Made by a program: the position numbers and the translations under genes. A stretch of 64,000 nt of DNA, taken from assembly GCA_048213135.1 (NCBI GenBank), contig PS015173.1, positions 1-64,000 of the forward strand, written 5' to 3'. This DNA is from Reclinomonas americana ATCC 50394. Lineage: Eukaryota. This document shows, piece by piece, positions 55,701-64,000 of the stretch (position 1 is its first letter; the number at the start of each line of letters is the position of its first letter). Below the pieces are notes generated by a model. The model did not search any database, was not told where the DNA came from, and worked only from the letters and a program-made list of their open reading frames with translations.

Positions 55701-58700
55701 TGTTCCGGGAACGCGATGACGTGAAAATGGAGGACTTGTTGCCGCAAGTTGCGCACCATTGCTGGTGACGGCGAGTTGGGAAGGTCTGCTTGCCCACGCC
55801 AGCGTGCTTTCTTGTGTCATGCAGGTCGTGTTGCTGGTCGAACGAGGCGTGTTTGTGTCGACGCTGCGCGGCAGTCAGATGAAACGCGACACGCTCTCCA
55901 TCTTCTACGATTCGGAGCGCGCAGAAGGCGTTCCTGAGCGCGTACACCTCTCCACTGAACAGTTTGAGGATCTGGTTCGTTGCTGCTGCTATCGCTTATC
56001 GTTCCCTTTTGCTTCCCTTCCATTCACTCACGATCCGACGGCAGTTGCGTGGGGCTGTCATGTGCGAGAGTGAGGCACGGGACGAGCGCGATCGCGAACA
56101 TTTGCAGCAATTTACGGAGGCCATTGGAATCGCTCGTGCCTGCCATCACCTCCGCCTGGCATTGGAGACGGCCGGTCACCCCAACTTCCAGGGCTTGTCG
56201 ACCCCCCTCATTGCAGCGCGTGGTCTCTCGCTGCCACAATTGCGCCGTGCGCAGGAGGAACTGCAGGCCGATCTCGGCGCCTGGAATGGTCGCTTGTCCG
56301 CTAGTCGCCAGCAGTGCAAACCGCTGTACTTGCTGGACACCAGGCAGTTGCTGGTGAGTGTTGTGATCGATCTGGCGGCACGGTCCGACTATTGCGTGCC
56401 TCGACTAAACAACCAAATGACACAGGCCCTCGTGCGCCACTTGAACGAGTTTTCGCGCGCGGCTGCAGCCCCGGGTGCGGCTGGCGGATCGACCGATCTG
56501 CGTGTGGTCGTACTCAAGGCGTACCTCATCGCGTGCTATCCGGAGGTGGCACCCGATCGCTTTGATTCAGTTTCGGTGCTCGGGGCTTTGCAGTCTGTCA
56601 TTGATGGCAGACTGCAAGATTTGGATGCGGCCGTTGCTTTTGTGCAGGCTGGTGGTCAGGCGGTTGGCGTGGTGGAAGATCCGTTTGCCGAAGGTTTGTT
56701 GTCAGCTTGTGTTTGTACGTGCAAGTTGCTGTGCATATATCTGTTGACATTCCTCAATCCTTCACAAAAGAAGGTAACTTTGTGGCGCCAACTGTGTACT
56801 CGGTCTTGCAAGCTGGTCGTGCCGAGGTCTCGCGACTGCTGTTTGAGCTGTTCGGAAAACCGCCGCATCCATCGTGCGTGCTTCCATGCTCCAGCTCGAC
56901 CACGTTTGAAGATGTTGCGTGGCGTCGCGTCCCCGAGGATACGTGTTGTGTGGACAAAATTATTGCTCACGTGTGTGCGGCTGTAGCTCGAGGCATTCTT
57001 GCAACGAGCACAACAATTCTCTGCACTGTTCTTTGCCGTGGTTGGCGTCAATCGGCTCTCATTTGCCGTGCGAGAGCATCTCCTGACGAAACTCACCGAG
57101 ATTGTGGAGGCCAAGCCGCGCGCACCGCTGGCGCAGTTGTACCTTATTTTCACCGAAAAGCAGGGTATGTGCATGTTCACAGGTCTTGTCATTTTGCTGC
57201 GCATGTTATTCACTGCGCACGCATCGCTTTCCGATTGGCCAGGGCTGGACGTGTTCAGTTTCCTGGATCGCGAGGAGCGCACGTCTCAGCAGCTGATGTC
57301 CACGAATCAGTTCCGCGACATTTGTGTCCAGCGCTTCCAGGCCAACCACATCGGCAAGTTCAAGCTGGTGACTGGCGCAGTGGGTGATGGCAAGTCGCAC
57401 TTTATCCGAAAGCGTTTGACGAAGGTGCCTGCGGATGATCCTGCTGCTGCCGATCAGCTGCTCACCTTCACGGTGCCCGTGAACGAGGACTTTAGTCCGT
57501 CGCTGTTCATTCGACACCTGCGCAAGCGAACTGATGCGGCCCAGGTGCGCGTGCACGTGAACGTGTCCCCGTTTGCACCTTGGGACGAATTCGACAGTGC
57601 CTTGGCGCAACTACTGCTCCACGGTGTCGTCCATGACCCCAACACTGGTGAGATGGTGTGCACGACGGGAGCTGCGGGGCTCTCGGTGTGGCGTCTGTAT
57701 GTTGAGATTCCAGTTGGGCCGAACCCGGAGGATCCACTGGCCGTGCAAGACATTCCAGAAACAGAGGCCATTGTACAACGTCTGGCGCCGATGCTGGCCT
57801 TTGGCACGCAGCGCCATGTGACTCCGGATGAGGCCTTTGACATTGATGCCAATGCGCGACTCGTGGCCTCGTACGCACGGCTGTACTACAACAACGCGTG
57901 GGCACAGTGGGCGCAGGCCGACGATTTGCAGGCTGCGCTGCCGGCTGTCGACGACGCTGAGTGCCTGCAGTTGCTGACGCGAGTGTGGACAGAAGGGTGT
58001 CGAAATGTTGCGTAAAGTTGCAGACGGCGCACGTTCAAGTCTGCCCTTCCTCACATTTCTGTCGTGCAGGTGCCGCCCGTGAAGATCTCGCGCCACAATC
58101 TTGTGCTGCTGCTGGCGGAGCGTGTACCTTTCATTGTACGCTTGGTTCGCTACCATCGCGCGATGATGTCGTGGGACCCGCCGGGCCTTGTGGCGCTGCC
58201 GCTGAACGACTACGCTTCCATCTTTGAGTGCTTCCTCGACGAGTGCAACGCCTTCTGCAATCCCGATCTGCGCTCAGACTGGTCATCGTTCAGCCACGGG
58301 TACACGTGTCGGGACTTTGACGAGGCGGCGCCAGAGNNNNNNNNNNNNNNNNNNNNNNNNNNNNNNNNNNNNNNNNNNNNNNNNNNNNNNNNNNNNNNNN
58401 NNNNNNNNNNNNNNNNNNNNNNNNNNNNNNNNNNNNNNNNNNNNNNNNNNNNNNNNNNNNNNNNNNNNNNNNNNNNNNNNNNNNNNNNNNNNNNNNNNNN
58501 NNNNNNNNNNNNNNNNNNNNNNNNNNNNNNNNNNNNNNNNNNNNNNNNNNNNNNNNNNNNNNNNNNNNNNNNNNNNNNNNNNNNNNNNNNNNNNNNNNNN
58601 NNNNNNNNNNNNNNNNNNNNNNNNNNNNNNNNNNNNNNNNNNNNNNNNNNNNNNNNNNNNNNNNNNNNNNNNNNNNNNNNNNNNNNNNNNNNNNNNNNNN

Positions 58701-61700
58701 NNNNNNNNNNNNNNNNNNNNNNNNNNNNNNNNNNNNNNNNNNNNNNNNNNNNNNNNNNNNNNNNNNNNNNNNNNNNNNNNNNNNNNNNNNNNNNNNNNNN
58801 NNNNNNNNNNNNNNNNNNNNNNNNNNNNNNNNNNNNNNNNNNNNNNNNNNNNNNNNNNNNNNNNNNNNNNNNNNNNNNNNNNNNNNNNNNNNNNNNNNNN
58901 NNNNNNNNNNNNNNNNNNNNNNNNNNNNNNNNNNNNNNNNNNNNNNNNNNNNNNNNNNNNNNNNNNNNNNNNNNNNNNNNNNNNNNNNNNNNNNNNNNNN
59001 NNNNNNNNNNNNNNNNNNNNNNNNNNNNNNNNNNNNNNNNNNNNNNNNNNNNNNNNNNNNNNNNNNNNNNNNNNNNNNNNNNNNNNNNNNNNNNNNNNNN
59101 NNNNNNNNNNNNNNNNNNNNNNNNNNNNNNNNNNNNNNNNNNNNNNNNNNNNNNNNNNNNNNNNNNNNNNNNNNNTCCAGCAGCACTTCGTGCAGCAAGA
59201 AGTGCTGCAGCTCGAAGCGCAGATCTGGTCGCACCACACTCTGCTGGTTGATCACCTCCGAGAAGAGAATCAACAGCTCGGTCTTGCCGACACCAGTGTC
59301 TGCACACATAGGCCCCCATGACCCAGTCAGTTACTACGATAGAGAAAACACATAGCAATGCCACAGACAGAGATAGCCTACCGCCCGACAGAACAACATT
59401 CATGCCGACTTTCCGGCGCTCGTTCAGGATGAGCAACTTGATGGCAAAGTCCTGAACACAAGGTGAGCAATGCACAGTGAAATATGCGCAAGACAACGAG
59501 TGCAAACCTTGGTGAGCGTGTACTGCATCCGGTCGGTGATGGCCTTGAGGCGCTCGGCGTGTCGCGACATGCCGAGTCCAATGTTGAGTTCCGAACGGAG
59601 ACGTCCCGTGTGTGCGTGCGCCTCGCGCCCCGTGAGCACGTTCTTGTAGCCATGCGACATTCGCTCGGCCTCGTGCGCCGTGTCGGCATTCAGGCAGAGC
59701 ACGGTCAACTACATGATCAAGCGAAGCGTTAGCAACTACCGCAGCATCAGAGGCGTACGAATTCTTGGCTGTCACTTTACCTGCGCCATGGGAACTCCGT
59801 CGGNNNNNNNNNNNNNNNNNNNNTGGCGAGGGGAATCTCTCGCAAGAGACATTCGGTGACTACTGCAACATGGATGGTGCAGTGCCGCGGCTCGCCCGCC
59901 CGGAAATGGTGATGCTGGCGCTGATTTCTTACATCCTCGCTGTTGGTTGCTCACGATGCGCTGACGCAGAGCCTGGATGAGCTGCACCGCCTGATCGGTG
60001 TCAACATTCCGGAGGACTATCCCAACATGACTGACGGTGAGTGTGCTTTAATGTCATGATGGCGGCAGACGTTTTGTCTGTGCAGGTGTTCACAATAACG
60101 CACCTCTGCTTGTGGGTATCCTCTCAGGCATCACTCGCAAAATGCGCGAGTTTGCACGCGACCTCTGTGCAAGGTTCCCGATTCTGGAGGTCACTGAAGA
60201 CTTCCAGGCTCGCATCGAAGGTCGCATTCCCATGACGGTGTGTATGCTAGCTCGCCAGTGCGCGAAAGCGGCCTAGTTTGCTTACCGCTCTTGTTTGTAG
60301 AGCCGATTCGAACTCGAAGAGTTTGTTCACGACTTTATCCATTTGCAACCGCGTCAAATCTTCTTCAAGACGACCATTGTTGCGTGTGTCGACGAGTGCT
60401 TTCATTGTCCGTTACTTTGCTGACGAGTGCAATGCTGCGCAGCACGAGGGCATTACCGCGTCCACCTTTGTGGAGTGGCTGCGCAGTGGACCCATTCGAG
60501 CGGCTGAGGAGATGCCCGGCACCGTGATTGTGTGTTTCATCGACGAGGAGAACACGTCGCACATTCACGGCGCAGCAAAGGAGGTGTGGCTGCCCCGCTA
60601 TCAACGGCGAAAGTTGCTGTTGCTGACACGAGCTTGTATGTGATGTAGGCTATGGTGGATGGCATGCTGGACGGCGAGCCGCTGCCTGCCAATATCTTCT
60701 TCGTGGCTGCAATCAACCCGCCGCGTCTTCGTCGAGCCGATGAGCGAGACCAACTGCGGTCGCAAAGCCGCATGGCGGACGTGGACGAAGCAGCTGCTGC
60801 CAATGCGCCACGCAACGTGCTCAGTGACAGTGACCGCGACTTTGTCACGTACGCACTGCCGGCGTCGTTGGAGTCGCTGACACTCAACTACGACGAATTG
60901 ACTGCCGCACAAGAGCGTGCGTAGCGTATGTGTGTGTGTTTATATCTTTCGGTGGTTAGTTGCTCACGTATTCTGCAGATGCCTTTGCGGAGCGCCTCAT
61001 TGAGGAGCGCGCCCTCCCGCTGTCAGATGAGCTGCCGAGTCCTAGGTATCGCGAGTTGCAGCAGCTGCAGCGCACGGAGCGTGAATCGCTGCTGGCCATG
61101 ATTCTAGTGGGCCAGAAATTTGTTCGCACCGACGCCAAGCTGCACCGTGTTCGTGTCTCCATTCGCGACCTGGTCCGCGCCGAGACACTGTATCGGTGTG
61201 TGTTACATGTATATCTCTACGGGGAAAGAGCGTGTTTTGTGTTTCGTTTCTGACAACGGTGTAGATTTTTCGTCGCCGGTATACCGCCGGTGCTGTCGCC
61301 TGGAGACGATGTGCTGAACGAGTACGAACTGCGCCAGCAGCTGCACTGGAAGGCCGTTACCATGGCTGTCAGTCTCACCTACTACTTGCGCCTGACACCG
61401 GAGCTTCGTATTCAGTTCGAGCGCAAGATCAACGACTGCGCGGCGCGTCTCCGTGGTCGCCCGCACAACTACAACTTTTCGGAGTGGGAGAGGGATGAGA
61501 TGACCTACTTCTGCAGTCAGATGCACGTGAGTGTTGGACAGTGTCGTCGGTGTGCGTGTTTGCGTTCATGCGATTGGTGGTGTCTCACTCGTATGGGTTC
61601 GACGATCAGCTTCCGCCCGGTATTGCGCTCACTCGCGGTTTGAAGGAAAATGTTACGTCTGCATGCTGAGATGTGTGGTGTGTGCGCCGCTAATATGATG

Positions 61701-64000
61701 AATGTGTGCGCGACACAGCTTTTTGCGTGCTGCGTGTGCATGGAAGCAGGCCTTCCGCTTAACATTGTCGGCGAGCCGGGCACCGCCAAGACACTCTCGT
61801 TTGGCGTGGCCGTCAGTAACATGGGAACTGTTGGTCGCGGACAGACCCTCCTTTCGGCGTTCCGTCGCGTGAAGCCATTCCACTACCAAGCGAGGTATGA
61901 ATTTTGCGTTCCTGCCAACAAAATAATGGAACCCGCCGCTGACTCGCTCCGTGTGTCTCGTGTGCAGCAAGGACAGCTCGGCCGCTGAGATCGAATCCGT
62001 GTTCCAGAACGCCATTGATCTCCAGCGCCGCATGCGCAATCTCAATGGCGAGCAGTGCGTGGTATTCCTCGACGAAGCCGGTCAGTTGTGCCGTACCCTA
62101 CCCCCCGATGTCCAAGTTCTTGCTGAGTTGCCTTCATTGTTGTTTCAGGTCTGCCGTCACAGCGCAAGCAGGCACTGAAGGTCACCCATGCCTATCTGGA
62201 CCATCCGGTCGTGTCTTCTGTGTTTTTGTCCAACACGACACTCGACGCAGCGTGAGTAATTGTGTACGCCCGCTGTCTCTTTTGTGGTGCTCTCGTTCTC
62301 AACAGTTTTGACATTACAGCAAGACGAATCGCATGATCCAAGTGCTGCGCCCGCTCTCGTCGGAGGCCGAACTACGCGAGCTCGCGCACGGCTTCCTCAC
62401 CGACAATTCACCGCAGGCAGCCACTCCGTACCTCGAGGCGCTTGCGGAGGGGCTGTGCAGGGGATTCAAGCGTGTGGTTGAGTTTGCCGATAACCTCTTC
62501 CACATGCGCGATTTCGTGTACTTTTTGCGGTATCTGCGACGAGCCGCCTCTCGTGACGGCGCTCTGGGCGATCAGGTGCGAGTGTGCATTTGCTTGCGGT
62601 GAGAGTGCTGCCCCGCTGTGCCCAAGAATGGCTCTTGTACTGCGCAGTTTGTCGTGTCGGTCGAACACTTTGTGGCCGGCGTGTATCGCAACTTTGGTGG
62701 CATTCCGTCTCACCGATTGCGCCAGGTGCTCCTTTTTTTGTTGTGCGCACGTGATCGTTTCAGTGGCATTGGTGGCTCACCGAGTCGTGTGTAACATTGG
62801 CCAGCTGTGTGACATGTTTGTTGACGAGGTGAACCGTGCAATCGTGGAAAGGTTCGACCCTCCTCCTGAGCACATGCTGCTGCTGATCGACGAGCGGCGT
62901 ATGCAAGACTTCTCGGTGGTCAACGCCCTGCGTGGCAGCCTGGAGGAAAGGCTGAAGGAGGACGAGGACCCGAATCAGGTGTGCAATGTGATGCGCACGC
63001 GTGTGTGTGTGCGCCGTTGACGACTGACGATGTGTGTTGCTCGTGTTCGTCCACGTAGGCCCCGTTCCGCTACACCCTGCTTATCGACCCGACCGAGTCG
63101 CAGCTGTCGGTGCAGCTGCTGTACGACCTCAAGAGTGCGTATAAAACTGAAACCGTAGCTATCGAGTGTGTACTGACCAGGCGAATCTCTCTCTCTCTCT
63201 CTCTTTTGTCAGTTGTGGATCCTGATCGCACGGTGGTGCGATGTGTCACTGCGGATTTCGAGCGTGATGACGACCAGCTTGTCAATCGGCCTTTGGTTCT
63301 TGCTCGCATTGTCGACGCCATGCTCAAGGGTCAGACGGTGGTTCTCATCAACGTTGCGTCTCTCTCTCTCCTGCTGGTCGTCTTGTGGCTTCCTGGATTG
63401 CCAACGAGTCTCGAAACAATCACACAGGGTGCGACCATCTTTACATCGTTGTACGATGTCTTCAATCGGCACTTCATGTGCGTCAAGGGCCAGTACTATG
63501 GTGTGTCACCAACAGTGCGCAATGTCTTAGTTGTTGATATTTACCTCCTTTGTTCCTCGCAGCCAATGTGGCCATCGGAGCCATGTCGCGCTACGTTGTC
63601 GGTGAATATCACTCTTGTCTGTCCCTTAGACTTCTTCGTGTTGTCCACTACTGACACTGTCCGTTGGGTGGCTAGTGCATCGCGATTTCCGTGTCATTGT
63701 CCACTTGCCACTCAAGTCGTTGCCTACTACGCCGCTGCCGTTCTTGAATCGGTGTGTAGCCATGCCCTGTTTTTGTGTGAGTGCAAACTTGCGTGCGCTA
63801 ACTCTCGCCACCTCGTCAGCTTTGAGAAATTCGTTCTTGGTGCCACCGACGGTTTGTAATGCAAGAGGCACCATCCGCGATGTTTGATTCTGATGAAAGC
63901 TTCCATTTGATACATCACTTAGTGCTGGACGAGATGCTGCTTGATCCACGAGTCGCACGCATCCCGACCGTGGACGGTGGATCGGCGCCGCTGTTGCGCG
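49704..64000 (+). CDS. RNF213: Giant RNF213/mysterin-like multi-AAA+ protein (continues beyond the window)
   Basis: LVTGAVGDGKSH; YTLTK|DFAIKLLILNERRKVGMNVVLSG|DTGVGKTEL; HEGIT; FIDEENTS; MVDGMLDGEPLPANIFFVAAINP; VSIRDLVRA; GLKEN|LFA; VGEPGTAKTLS; VVFLDEA|GL; SNTTLDAA|KTNR; FHMRDFVYF; SLYDVFN; VHRDFRVIV; PFLNR|FEK. The motif order matches the RNF213 AAA core. Assigning the low-complexity 5' exons (49704-51500) to the same gene is tentative. Confidence 0.85.

Overview
Gene-dense, GC-rich eukaryotic (most likely protist) scaffold with very many short introns (mostly about 60-100 nt), CA/CT microsatellites and N gaps. By manual splicing I can support about 25 protein-coding genes or gene fragments: a coiled-coil/Zn-finger protein, PET100, a TM2-domain protein, a ubiquitin-like/kinesin-14 fusion, SUMO, GILT, a PDI, an EF-hand protein, a HUWE1/Tom1 N-terminal region, SERBP1, an ARID protein, a SnoaL-like protein, peroxisomal ABCD, a PAP2 phosphatase, a MORN-PH protein, SMN, an MFS transporter, three related small secreted helical proteins, a thioredoxin-like protein and a giant RNF213/mysterin-like AAA+ protein. 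There is also a CACTA-like non-autonomous element. The main discovery candidate is a splicing feature. About 45 introns start with a +1 register-shifted donor (GTTGCG, also GTTACG, GTTGAG, GTTTCG, GTTGTG) rather than the usual GTGCG/GTGAG/GTACG, and nearly all of these follow a non-G exon base. Such donors are known only as rare exceptions in human genes, but here they form a major intron class. Other points: a cluster of 3-18 nt microexons, a possibly new secreted helical family, very short bidirectional promoters, and three contigs that appear inverted in the scaffold. All gene models were read by eye without RNA data.
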